Notes: generated by a model not told the origin, from the letters alone. Counted from the stretch's first letter, positions 9,556 through 18,586 are shown. The stretch: 64,000 bases of DNA from Candidatus Limnocylindria bacterium (GCA_035697845.1 DASSCI010000039.1:4590-68589), one strand, 5' to 3'. Numbers and translations are program-made.

Positions 9556-11052
9556 GTGACGGTGAATCCCAGGGTGAACCCGAAGAAGCTCCGCCCGTAC
9601 GACGAGCCGCCGAAGCGGCGTCGCACGCTGATCCCCGACGGCCCGGACACCGCCGCCGCCGGCTTCTTCATCGTTGCCGCACTGTGGCTGGCGATGGCGA
9701 CGGCGCTCGGCGCCCTCGCCATCGGCCTTCGCATCGTCCCCTTCGAGATCAAGGCGCCGATCGGCATCTTCGACCTGGCCTTCGAGCTCAACGAGCGGCG
9801 CGTCGAGTACGCCTTCGTGAACGCCACCGTCTACGGCTGGCTGAGCAATGTCGGCTTCGCGGCCATCGCCTTCATCACGCCGCGGCTGACCGGCCACCGG
9901 CTGGCGATGGAGAAGATGCTGCTGCTTGCCCTGCTGGCTTGGAACGGCGCGCTCGCACTCGGGATGGTGCTGCTGTACTTCCTCGACATCAATCCGCACT
10001 CGCCGCTGACTGCCTTCCCGTGGTTCGTGGATGGCGGCCTGGCCACCGGCGCGCTCATCGTGGCCGGCTCGTTCGTGCTGACGGCCGCGTCGTCGCTGCG
10101 GACCGGCTACGTCAGCCTCTGGTTCATCGGCGTCGCCATCCTGTCGCTGCTGGGGCTGATGAGCCTCAATGCGGGGCTCGGCATCTTCGAGCAGTTCCTG
10201 AACCTTGACGAGCTGCCGACCGCGCTCGCATCGGCCTTCTTCGAGGTCGCCCTGCCGGCGATGTGGCTGCTCGGCATGTCGTTCTCGATCCTCTACTACG
10301 TGGTGCCGCGAACCGCCAACCAGCCGCTCGCCTCCGGAGCGGCCGCGCTGCTCGCGTGGCTGACGTGGCTCGTCTTCGCTCCCGCCTCTGCGCTGGCCGC
10401 GCTGGTCGATCCCAGCGTGCCGTTCATCGTCACCACCCTCGGGGGCACCGCCACCATCCTGCTCGTCGTGCCGGCGCTGCTGACCGTTGGGAACCTCGCC
10501 GCAACCATGTCCGGCCGTTGGACGCTGCTGTTCGGCATCGGCGTGGCCGCCTTCGCGGCCGTGTCACTGGTCTTCCTGATGGGTACCAGCCTGTTGGAGG
10601 CCATCGGCGCGCTGCGCGCGGTCGATGCGCGCGTCAGCGGCACCGACTGGGAGGACGGCGTCTTCATCTGGGCCATGTACGGCACCTTCACCCTTGCCGC
10701 ATTCGCGCTGGCCGAGCACGCCATGCCGCGCATCCTGCGCCGCGCGTGGGGCGGGGGCCTCCTGTCCGGCGCGCAGCTGTGGCTGGCATTCGGCGGCGCG
10801 ACCGTCGGCGGCCTTGCCCTGATGGGGGGTGGTCTTGCGCAGGCGGCGCTCATCGCGGGTGGCGCCACGCCGGACGCGCTGTCCGCCGAGCTGCTGATCT
10901 ACCGCGCCATCGCCTTCGCCGGATTCGGGCTCGTGGCACTGTCCGGGATCGCCATGCTGGTGAACATGTTCCTGATGTACACGACCGCCGAGCCCGCGCA
11001 GTACGTGGCTCCCGTGGGCTCGACCTCCGCCCCGGCAGCGGCGAGCCACTGA
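9556..11052 (+). CDS. Polytopic membrane protein (~12 predicted TM), function unknown
   Basis: 498 aa and almost entirely hydrophobic helices. Translationally coupled (4-nt gap) to the downstream cytochrome c. Confidence 0.6.
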   Translation: MTVNPRVNPKKLRPYDEPPKRRRTLIPDGPDTAAAGFFIVAALWLAMATALGALAIGLRIVPFEIKAPIGIFDLAFELNERRVEYAFVNATVYGWLSNVGFAAIAFITPRLTGHRLAMEKMLLLALLAWNGALALGMVLLYFLDINPHSPLTAFPWFVDGGLATGALIVAGSFVLTAASSLRTGYVSLWFIGVAILSLLGLMSLNAGLGIFEQFLNLDELPTALASAFFEVALPAMWLLGMSFSILYYVVPRTANQPLASGAAALLAWLTWLVFAPASALAALVDPSVPFIVTTLGGTATILLVVPALLTVGNLAATMSGRWTLLFGIGVAAFAAVSLVFLMGTSLLEAIGALRAVDARVSGTDWEDGVFIWAMYGTFTLAAFALAEHAMPRILRRAWGGGLLSGAQLWLAFGGATVGGLALMGGGLAQAALIAGGATPDALSAELLIYRAIAFAGFGLVALSGIAMLVNMFLMYTTAEPAQYVAPVGSTSAPAAASH

Positions 11053-11055
11053 CCG

Positions 11056-11532
11056 ATGACGATCCACACCCCCATCGAGACGCGTGGCTCGGGCATCCCG
11101 GCCTGGGTCATCGGTCTCACCGTCTTCGTCCTGCTGGTCGGGGGCGTCTACCTCGCCTCCAACCTGGCGGGCGAGAATCCGGCCTTCGCCATTCCAGGCG
11201 CCAGCGCGCCAGCTCCCGAGGGCAGTGCCGGCGCCGATCCCGCCGTCGGCGAGCAGCTCGTCGGCTCGGTCACGCCGGCATGCACCGCCTGCCATGGCGC
11301 CGACCTGAGCGGCTCGGGCAATTTCCCGAGCCTGCACGGGGTGAACGACGGCCCGGTCAGCGAGAACCTCCAGCAGCTGGCCACCGACCACCCCGACGAT
11401 TGGATTCAGCTCTGGATCGACGGCACCACGCCCGAGACCGAGGGCCTCGACCGCGGCGGCATGCCAGCCTTCGGCGAGCAGCTCTCGCCGGACCAGATCG
11501 ACTCGATCGTCGCCTACCTCAAGAGCCTTTAG
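11056..11532 (+). CDS. Membrane-anchored mono-haem class I cytochrome c
   Basis: N-terminal TM (IGLTVFVLLVGGVYLA) and a single CTACH haem-binding motif. C-terminal half is characteristic of cyt c (PAFGEQLSPDQIDSIVAYL). Confidence 0.75.
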   Translation: MTIHTPIETRGSGIPAWVIGLTVFVLLVGGVYLASNLAGENPAFAIPGASAPAPEGSAGADPAVGEQLVGSVTPACTACHGADLSGSGNFPSLHGVNDGPVSENLQQLATDHPDDWIQLWIDGTTPETEGLDRGGMPAFGEQLSPDQIDSIVAYLKSL

Positions 11533-11539
11533 CTCCCTC

Positions 11540-12451
11540 GTGGCCGATCCGGCCGCGCGACCTGAGCGCGCGGTTCCCGTTCTCATCGGCGCCGACGAGA
11601 TGGCGCGCATCGACGAGGCCGCTCAGCGCCTGGGCATGAGCGAGGACGCGCTGATGGAGTCCGCCGGCGCTGCGGTGGCCGATGTCGCGCTGGCGGAGCT
11701 GACGCGCCTCGCCGAGCGCGTTCGCGGCCCCGGCGGTCCGCTCGTGCGCCCGCCGCTGGTCGTCGTCCTGTGCGGCCCGGGCAACAACGGCGGTGACGGC
11801 TTCGTCATCGCGCGCCGCATGGCCACGGCTGGCCGGCAGGTGATGGCCGTGCTCGTCGCCGATGCCAGCCGCCTGTCCGGGGTCGCGGCGACGCACAACT
11901 GGAATGTCCTCCAGGCCATGGCATCGGCGCATTCGCTGGAGCTGTTCGTGGCGCCGAACCCGGAGATGCTGCTGCGTCTGCGCGAGCGGATCGCCGGAGC
12001 AACGATGCTCGTTGACGCATTGCTGGGCTCGGGCGCGTCGGGTCCCTTGCGCGAGCCGATCTCGACGGCGGTCGACCTGATCAACGCGACGCGCACGCAC
12101 GCGCAGGCCGCGGGCCGTCCGTGTGCCGTGGTCGCGGTGGACACGCCGACGCGCGTCGATCTCACCGGTGGCTCGCGCTCGACGCCGGTGGTGCAGGCCG
12201 ATATCACCGTCACGTTCCATCGAGCCAAGGCGGGCTTCGCGCTCGATCGCGACGCTCGTCAGCTGGCGGGACGCTACCTGGTTGCGCCGATCGGCATCCC
12301 GCTCGAGGCGGAGGAGGGCATCGTGCCGGCCGACGGCGAGTGGCCGCCGGCGCGCATCACCGAGATCACCTGGCAGGAGCCGGTGCCGCACCCCGATGCC
12401 GCGCACAGGGCGGGCGGGGGCATCGCCGCGGGACCCGGCCGCACGGACTGA
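11540..12451 (+). CDS. nnrE: NAD(P)H-hydrate epimerase (YjeF N-terminal domain only)
   Basis: LCGPGNNGGDGFVIARRM motif of YjeF_N. At 303 aa it lacks the C-terminal dehydratase domain. Confidence 0.7.
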   Translation: MADPAARPERAVPVLIGADEMARIDEAAQRLGMSEDALMESAGAAVADVALAELTRLAERVRGPGGPLVRPPLVVVLCGPGNNGGDGFVIARRMATAGRQVMAVLVADASRLSGVAATHNWNVLQAMASAHSLELFVAPNPEMLLRLRERIAGATMLVDALLGSGASGPLREPISTAVDLINATRTHAQAAGRPCAVVAVDTPTRVDLTGGSRSTPVVQADITVTFHRAKAGFALDRDARQLAGRYLVAPIGIPLEAEEGIVPADGEWPPARITEITWQEPVPHPDAAHRAGGGIAAGPGRTD

Positions 12452-12490
12452 ACCGTGGCGGCAATCCGTTAGCCGCGCTAACCTTCCCGA

Positions 12491-13933
12491 ATGTTCGAAC
12501 TTGCCGAAGCCGCCGTCGAAGCGGCCATCGCCGCCGGTGCCAGGTACGCCGACGCGCGGGTGATGGACCGCCGCCACGAGTCCATGAACGCCCGCAACGG
12601 CGAGATCGAGGGACTCAGCCAGGATGGCGCGGTCGGCATCGGCGTCAGAGCGCTCATCGGCTCAGGGTGGGGCTTCTTCTCGACGGCGCAGCTGACTCGC
12701 GAGGCAGCCCATGCGGCCGGCGCGCAGGCGGCCGCGATCGCGCGCGCCAGCGCATCGGTCCCCGGCGCCGATCTGGAGCTGACGCCGGTCGAGGTGCGCC
12801 AGGACCACTGGGAGAACGCCGTCGACGAGGACCCATTGAGCGTGCCGCTGGCGGAGAAGGGCGACCTGCTCGTCAGCCTGACGCGGACCATGCGCGAGCA
12901 CGGGGCCGACGTCGCCAACGCGGGCTACGACATCTGGGACACCACCAAGTGGCTGGTGAGCAGCGAGGGCCATCGCATCGACCAGCGCATCCGCGAGTGC
13001 GGCGCGCGCATGGACGCCACCGCCAACGGCGACAACGAGACGCAGCGCCGCAGCTACCCCGGCATTCGCGGCCAGTACGGCACGCGCGGCTGGGAGCTGG
13101 TCCGAGAGCTGGACCTGCCGGGGAATGCTGCCCGGATCGCCGAGGAAGCCCGCGCGCTGCTGACCGCGCCGCAGTGCCCCAGCTACGACGCGACTGACCT
13201 CATCATCGGCGCCGAGCAGATGGCCCTCCAGATCCACGAGTCGGTCGGCCATGCCGTCGAGCTCGACCGGATCCTGGGTTGGGAGGCCGCCTTCGCCGGC
13301 ACGTCCTGGCTGGACCTGGCGCAGATGGGCTCGATGCGCTTCGGATCCGACCTCATGAACGTCACCGCCGATGCAACCCTGCCCGGTGCGCTCGGTTCCT
13401 TCGGCTACGACGACGAGGGCACGCCCGCGCACCCGGTCGACATCGTCCGCGACGGCATCTGGGTCGGCGTTCTCTCCGGCCGGGATAGCGCCGCCCTCGC
13501 GGGCCTCGACTCGTCGGGTGGCGCCGTCCGGGGCGACGGCTACAACCGCCTGCCGATGGTGCGCATGACGAACGTCGGCCTCCTGCCGGGCTCGTCCAGC
13601 CTCGAGGAGATGATCGCCGCCACCGACGACGGCATCCTGATGGACACGAACCGCAGCTGGTCCATCGACGACAAGCGCCTGAACTTCCAGTTCGGCTGCG
13701 AGATCGGCTGGGAGATCAAGAACGGCAAGCGCGGCCGGATGATCAAGAACCCGACCTACACCGGCATCGGCCCGCGCTTCTGGCAGAGCCTCGACATGCT
13801 CGGCAACAAGAGCGAGTGGACCTTCTGGGGCACGCCGAACTGCGGCAAGGGCCAGCCCGGCCAGGTCGGGCACACCGGCCACCCGGCGGTTCCGTGTCGC
13901 TTCCACGGCGTGCGGGTGGGGGTGACCGGATGA
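12491..13933 (+). CDS. tldD: TldD metalloprotease (peptidase U62)
   Basis: HESVGHAVELD (HExxxH) motif and overall TldD/PmbA family similarity; 480 aa. Confidence 0.85.
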   Translation: MFELAEAAVEAAIAAGARYADARVMDRRHESMNARNGEIEGLSQDGAVGIGVRALIGSGWGFFSTAQLTREAAHAAGAQAAAIARASASVPGADLELTPVEVRQDHWENAVDEDPLSVPLAEKGDLLVSLTRTMREHGADVANAGYDIWDTTKWLVSSEGHRIDQRIRECGARMDATANGDNETQRRSYPGIRGQYGTRGWELVRELDLPGNAARIAEEARALLTAPQCPSYDATDLIIGAEQMALQIHESVGHAVELDRILGWEAAFAGTSWLDLAQMGSMRFGSDLMNVTADATLPGALGSFGYDDEGTPAHPVDIVRDGIWVGVLSGRDSAALAGLDSSGGAVRGDGYNRLPMVRMTNVGLLPGSSSLEEMIAATDDGILMDTNRSWSIDDKRLNFQFGCEIGWEIKNGKRGRMIKNPTYTGIGPRFWQSLDMLGNKSEWTFWGTPNCGKGQPGQVGHTGHPAVPCRFHGVRVGVTG

Positions 13934-15267
13934 GCGACCAACTGCTCGACACCTGCGAGCGCGTCCTCGCCCTGGTCGGGACCGATGCGGAAGCCGAGGT
14001 CACCGTCACGGCGGGCACCGAGGCGCTCACGCGCTTCGCCACCGGCTTCATCCACCAGAACGTCGCCGATGCGGTCCAGCAGGTGCACCTGCGCCTCGCC
14101 CTCGACGGGCGCGTCGCCGAGGCATCCGCCAACCAGACCGATGACGACGCCCTCGCCCGCCTGGTTCGCTCGACCGCCGATGCGGCACGCCTGCAGCCGG
14201 TCGATCCCGGCTGGCCCGGGCTCGCACCGCCCGCCGATGCGCCGGCGGTCGACCACTGGGACGACGCCACCGCTGCCGCCGAACCGGCCGAGCGGGCGGA
14301 GCGCGTCGGCGCGTTCGTCACCGCCGCCGACGATCTCGAGACCGCCGGCTACTGCTCGACGGAGGGCGTGAGCATCGCCTTCGCCAACTCGGCGGGCCAG
14401 CGGCTGTCGGGGCGGACCACCGGCGCCACCCTCGACGGCATCGCCCGCACCGGCTCCTCCGACGGCTCCTCCCGCGCCTCGTCCGTTCGTCTGGCCGATC
14501 TGGACGGAACCGTGACCGGTCTGGAGGCCGTTCGCCGCGCCCGCGACTCCGCCGACGCGACGGACCTGCCGCCCGGGTCGTACGAGGTCGTCCTCTCGCC
14601 CTCGTGCGTGGTCAACATGCTCACCTTCCTGGCGCTGCACGGCTTCAACGGCCGCGCCGTCGAGGAGGGGCGCTCCTTCGCGCGCATCGGCGAGTCGCAG
14701 TTCGACGAGGCCATCTCGCTGGCCGATGACGTCTCCCACCCCATGGCGACCGGCGTCGGGTTCGACGCCGAGGGCACGCCCAAGCGTCGCGTCGAGCTCG
14801 TGCGGGCGGGGGTGACCAGCGGCCTCATCCACGATCGGCGCACCGCGAAGGCGCTCGGCACGGAGTCCACCGGCAACGCCGTCGCAGGCGCCGGCCCCTT
14901 CGGCGCCCTGCCCGCGAACCTCGTGCTGGAGGCCGGATCGGCGTCAGAGGACGAGTTGGTCGGCGGGGTCGAGCGCGGCCTGCTGGTGACCGACTTCTGG
15001 TACACGCGCATCCTCGATCCGCGGACGCAGGTCGTGACCGGCCTGACGCGCAACGGCGTGTGGCTGATCGAGAACGGGCGGATTCAGCGCCCGGTGACGA
15101 ACCTGCGCTTCACGCAGTCCTTCCTGGATGCGCTCGGACCGGGCCAGGTCCGTGGCGTCGGCTCCGATCTCACGCTGGTCGGAGGGGCGGTGTTTGGCAT
15201 CGGCGCCTACGTGGTGCCCTCGCTGCACCTCGCGGCGTGGAACTTCACGGGCGGTGCCAAGGGCTGA
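13930..15267 (+). CDS. pmbA: PmbA/TldE, non-catalytic partner of TldD
   Basis: TldD/PmbA family without HExxxH. ATGA overlap with tldD. Confidence 0.8.
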   Translation: MSDQLLDTCERVLALVGTDAEAEVTVTAGTEALTRFATGFIHQNVADAVQQVHLRLALDGRVAEASANQTDDDALARLVRSTADAARLQPVDPGWPGLAPPADAPAVDHWDDATAAAEPAERAERVGAFVTAADDLETAGYCSTEGVSIAFANSAGQRLSGRTTGATLDGIARTGSSDGSSRASSVRLADLDGTVTGLEAVRRARDSADATDLPPGSYEVVLSPSCVVNMLTFLALHGFNGRAVEEGRSFARIGESQFDEAISLADDVSHPMATGVGFDAEGTPKRRVELVRAGVTSGLIHDRRTAKALGTESTGNAVAGAGPFGALPANLVLEAGSASEDELVGGVERGLLVTDFWYTRILDPRTQVVTGLTRNGVWLIENGRIQRPVTNLRFTQSFLDALGPGQVRGVGSDLTLVGGAVFGIGAYVVPSLHLAAWNFTGGAKG

Positions 15268-15271
15268 AGCA

Positions 15272-15886
15272 ATGACGGCACTCACCGTCCAGCACCTTGA
15301 CCTCAACGGAGTCCGGTCCGTGTCCTTCGACCAGGGCGCCCAATCCTGGGCGATCGTGCTGCCCGGGGCCGGCTATTCAGCCCAGGCACCACTGCTCTGG
15401 TACGCACGCCGTGCCGTGATGGCGGCGGGAAGGAACGCTGTCGTCGTGACCGATACCTTCGATCGTGAGCGCGACGAAGCCGTTTCCTGGGTCGAGGAGC
15501 GCGCAGCGGCTGCCCTGAGCCACGTTGCCGCGATGGATCCGCATCCGTTGCTCGTTGCGAAGTCGATCACTTCCCTGGCGACACCGTTCGCGGCTGTCCA
15601 TGGTCTGCCGGCGGTTTGGCTCACACCTCTCATCGCGAAGGCATCGCCCGCTTCGGAGGCAGTTCTTCGCGGCCTGCGATCCTCGAGCAAGCCAAGACTT
15701 CTCGTGGGCGGCACGGCCGATCCGTCGTGGGACGGCGCTGCATTGAGCGCCATGTCGAATGCCGATGTTCTCGAACTCCCACGGGCGGATCACTCTCTCG
15801 AGCTGGCAGGCGATGTAGGCGCATCGCTCGAGTACCTGCGCCAGGTGACGGACGCCATCCACACCTTCGCGTCGCAACTGCCCTAG
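15272..15886 (+). CDS. Hypothetical protein, possible alpha/beta-hydrolase fold
   Basis: ORF whose ATG lies 5 nt after the pmbA stop. No clear catalytic motif, so the assignment is weak. Confidence 0.4.
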   Translation: MTALTVQHLDLNGVRSVSFDQGAQSWAIVLPGAGYSAQAPLLWYARRAVMAAGRNAVVVTDTFDRERDEAVSWVEERAAAALSHVAAMDPHPLLVAKSITSLATPFAAVHGLPAVWLTPLIAKASPASEAVLRGLRSSSKPRLLVGGTADPSWDGAALSAMSNADVLELPRADHSLELAGDVGASLEYLRQVTDAIHTFASQLP

Positions 15887-15937
15887 GCCGACGACGACGA
15901 CCGGCTCGCCACGTCACCGGCGAGCGGTGGGTACCTA

Positions 15938-16062
15938 GCTCGTGCCCGGTTTGCGCAGGGGAACGCCGGCGTCGCAGAGCTGACAGTTCCCCGCGTCCCA
16001 GGACGGGATCTCGATGCGGCCCAGCGCGTGCAGCGGGAACCGGAGCTGATGGGCGCTAGGCT
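15938..16062 (-). pseudogene. Diverged duplicate of the pyrE 3' end (C-terminal ~40 codons), gene fragment
   Basis: This DNA aligns with the 3' end of pyrE at 16270-16390 (~75% overall, ~90% over the last ~50 bp). Encoded FPLHALGRIEIPSWDAGNCQLCDAGVPLRKPGTS matches pyrE FPLHALGRIEIPSWEPDACELCTAGIPVRKPGSS. Confidence 0.5.
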
Positions 16063-16265
16063 GAGCGGCCCGCCGCGTGCGTTTGTCAGGTACCAACCAG
16101 GATCGGCTTAGGCGACCGGGAAGGACCGCGGGCGGCATCTCCGTCGTCATATCTGCGCCTGAGTGCTATGTGACGGGCCGCTGGTCGGCTGAGTGCCCGC
16201 ACCGTGGCCTAAGAGCTCGGTGATTGGTAGGTGGCGACGCCTGCGGCGCCCGTGGAATCGCGCGC

Positions 16266-16862
16266 TCAGCTGCTCCCCGGCTTACGCACTGGGATCCCGG
16301 CGGTGCACAGCTCGCAGGCGTCCGGCTCCCACGAGGGAATCTCGATACGACCCAGCGCGTGCAGCGGGAACCCGAGCTCGATGGGCGCCGTGGAACGGTC
16401 GACGATGACTGCCGCGGCCACCGGCTCGACGCCCGCGGCTCGCACGGCCTCCACCGTCTCGACCAGGGACGCGCCGGTGGTGAGGATGTCATCCACGATC
16501 ACCACGCGCTCATCGGCGCCGACCGTCCAGCCTCGGCGCAGGGCCCGCCCGCCGGAGGGAATCGCCTCGGCGAAGGCAGCGCGCACGAAGCCGCCCAGCT
16601 GGCGGGCCGTCTCGAACGACAGCAGCACGCCGCCGGTCGTCGGTCCGACCACCAGGGTTGGCGAGTGGGGCGCCAGGAGCTCCGCGAACCGGCGGCAGAT
16701 CTCCACGCCGAAGCGCGGATGCTGAAGGACGAGGAACTTCTCCAGGTAGCGGCCGGCATGACGGCCCGACTTCAGGAGGAAGTGCCCCTCGAGGAGCGCA
16801 CCCGAGCGAACGAACAGCGACTCGACCGAGGCGCCGGCAAGGGACGCATCGGCGTCGGTCAT
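16266..16862 (-). CDS. pyrE: Orotate phosphoribosyltransferase
   Basis: PRPP-binding motif VVIVDDILTTGASL; ~198 aa type-I PRTase. The start codon overlaps the upstream gene's stop (ATGA). Confidence 0.8.
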   Translation of the reverse strand: MTDADASLAGASVESLFVRSGALLEGHFLLKSGRHAGRYLEKFLVLQHPRFGVEICRRFAELLAPHSPTLVVGPTTGGVLLSFETARQLGGFVRAAFAEAIPSGGRALRRGWTVGADERVVIVDDILTTGASLVETVEAVRAAGVEPVAAAVIVDRSTAPIELGFPLHALGRIEIPSWEPDACELCTAGIPVRKPGSS

Positions 16863-17692
16863 TCGTAGACTGCGGTGAAGTCGACCGCCGGGTAGCGCTC
16901 GGCCAGCGCTTCGGTCACCCAGTGCAGGACGTCGGCGGGATCGTAGAAGGCGGCGATGACCTTGGCTTCCGTCACCGACAACCCAGGACGTTGTGCCTCA
17001 ACGCCGCCCACCACGTCCTCCGGTCGATCGGACAGGTCCAGCGACGTCTCGAAGCGGCCATCGGGCCGCAGGACGAGCACGTCCTCCGCTTCGTCGAGCA
17101 GCACCAGCTCGCCGGTCCGACGGAGTACCTCCTCGGCATTCGCGCTGAACTCGCGCAGGTGCTGCGCCTGGGCCGTCGAGAGCTGGAGGCGGTACGCATC
17201 GGCCAGCTGCCAGAGGCGCTGCGCGGCCAGGGTCTCCTGCTGCGATGGCGACAGATCCGCCTCCCAGTCGTCGCCGAACTCGCCGAGCTCCTCCTCGCGC
17301 TTGAGGTCGTCGGCAGCGACCAGGTGCGATGGGGCGTCGCGCGATGTCTCGATCAGCCAGGCGAAGATGTCGGCCGGGTTGTACAGCTCGACCAGCTCGC
17401 TGATCGTCTCGACCAGCTGCTCCTGGTCGTACCACTCGTTGTCCGCCGGATCCTGGTAGGTGAGCCGGGTGGTCCAGGTCTCGTCGACGGGGTGGTAGAG
17501 CAGGTAGTCCTGCTCGTCGTCGACCAGCTTGATGGGGCCGATCTCCCGCAACCGCTCGCGGTTCTGGTCCAGGAAGCGGCGCAGCTGCTCGGTGGCCTCG
17601 TACAGGAAGTCGCGGCGCTCCAGCTCCGCCTCGCCGGCCAGCTCGCGGAGGGCAACCAGTCGCGGCGACCCGCCGCCCGGTGAGCGGCTCAC
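16859..17692 (-). CDS. Acidic hypothetical protein with internally duplicated Y-[ND]-PAD-[IV]-x-x-W-[LV]-x-E motif
   Basis: GTG start overlaps the upstream stop (GTGA). The motif occurs twice: YNPADIFAWLIETS and YDPADVLHWVTEAL. No family recognised. Confidence 0.45.
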   Translation of the reverse strand: MSRSPGGGSPRLVALRELAGEAELERRDFLYEATEQLRRFLDQNRERLREIGPIKLVDDEQDYLLYHPVDETWTTRLTYQDPADNEWYDQEQLVETISELVELYNPADIFAWLIETSRDAPSHLVAADDLKREEELGEFGDDWEADLSPSQQETLAAQRLWQLADAYRLQLSTAQAQHLREFSANAEEVLRRTGELVLLDEAEDVLVLRPDGRFETSLDLSDRPEDVVGGVEAQRPGLSVTEAKVIAAFYDPADVLHWVTEALAERYPAVDFTAVYE

Positions 17693-18015
17693 GGCTTGAA
17701 GACGAAGTCGGGGCCCATCCGCTCGCGCAGGAAGATCGTGTGCTTCGAGTCGAACACCGACTCGGCCACGCGGTGCCCGAAGCCGCGCATGGATGGATCG
17801 GCGTAGAGCTTGTCGAGCACCGCGTAATTCGGCAGGTCCACGATGATCACGTTGTTCCAGGTCGAGCCCTCGGTGACGTTGAACCAACCGACGAAGCGCA
17901 CGCCGTACTTCTCCTCCGTCTGACGGGCGGTCCTCGGAAAGATGTGGCGCATGCCGCGCTTGAAGATCGTGTCGCGGCCCTTGCGCACGTTGAAGAAGGT
18001 GACCATCAGGGGCAT
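17689..18015 (-). CDS. Small hypothetical protein (108 aa)
   Basis: MPLMVTFFNVRKG...; translationally coupled to the downstream acidic protein and pyrE. Confidence 0.45.
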   Translation of the reverse strand: MPLMVTFFNVRKGRDTIFKRGMRHIFPRTARQTEEKYGVRFVGWFNVTEGSTWNNVIIVDLPNYAVLDKLYADPSMRGFGHRVAESVFDSKHTIFLRERMGPDFVFKP

Positions 18016-18099
18016 CAGGCTTGCCCTCGATTCGACTGCGAGATCACGACGCCGATGATGAACCTCACCCAGAGGCCGAGAGAGGCCACGTTCCGCTTC

Positions 18100-18414
18100 T
18101 CATTCATCGGTCTGGTCCTCATCCGTGCTGATTATCCGAGTCTGCGGCTTCGCGATGCCGGTCTGGCGGCCCCTTCCGCGCCGCCGGTCGGCGAAGAAGA
18201 CGCGCAGCAGGAAGACGCTGGTCATGCTGACGAAGAAGAGCAGGAACAGTGCTGCAAAGAGCAGGACCGCCAGCAGCCAGACCGGCCAGTTGAACGTGAA
18301 CAGCCCGATCGGGATGAGGAAGAGCAGGATCGCGAACAAGATCGCCTGTGTGATGAAGCATCCGAATCCCGGGCCCTCGTTCGGGTCGAGGTCCTCGTTG
18401 TAGCGAACTGACAA
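18100..18414 (-). CDS. Small membrane protein (2-3 TM), hypothetical
   Basis: Hydrophobic core ILFAILLFLIPIGLFTF...LLAVLLFAALFLLFFV with charged tails. Confidence 0.4.
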   Translation of the reverse strand: MSVRYNEDLDPNEGPGFGCFITQAILFAILLFLIPIGLFTFNWPVWLLAVLLFAALFLLFFVSMTSVFLLRVFFADRRRGRGRQTGIAKPQTRIISTDEDQTDE

Positions 18415-18513
18415 GCCGATTCCTCAAGGAATTTGGCGGGGCGTGGGCGGTCCAGATCGTCCCACATCCGGCTCGTCCACGCTCCTGCCGTGCCTGGCCG
18501 TTGATGAGCGCGA

Positions 18514-18586
18514 GGTAAGCGTCCGGTAAGCGTCTGGTAAGGCCGACCGTGCTATCACAGTGTTCAAGAGTCTTGAACACTCGTGG
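18514..18586. repeat. Composite intergenic element copy 1: 3 x 11-bp tandem repeat (GGTAAGCGTCY) + spacer + 21-bp palindrome GTGTTCAAGAGTCTTGAACAC
   Basis: Direct inspection of the sequence. The reverse complement of the same ~70-bp architecture occurs at 56959-57029. Confidence 0.7.

Noticed and set aside
9556-11052. Calling the 12-TM protein a haem-copper oxidase subunit I (CcoN/NorB)
   Set aside because: It has only about four histidines and none of the canonical His-ligand motifs. Homology cannot be asserted from sequence inspection alone, so it is kept as an unknown membrane protein.
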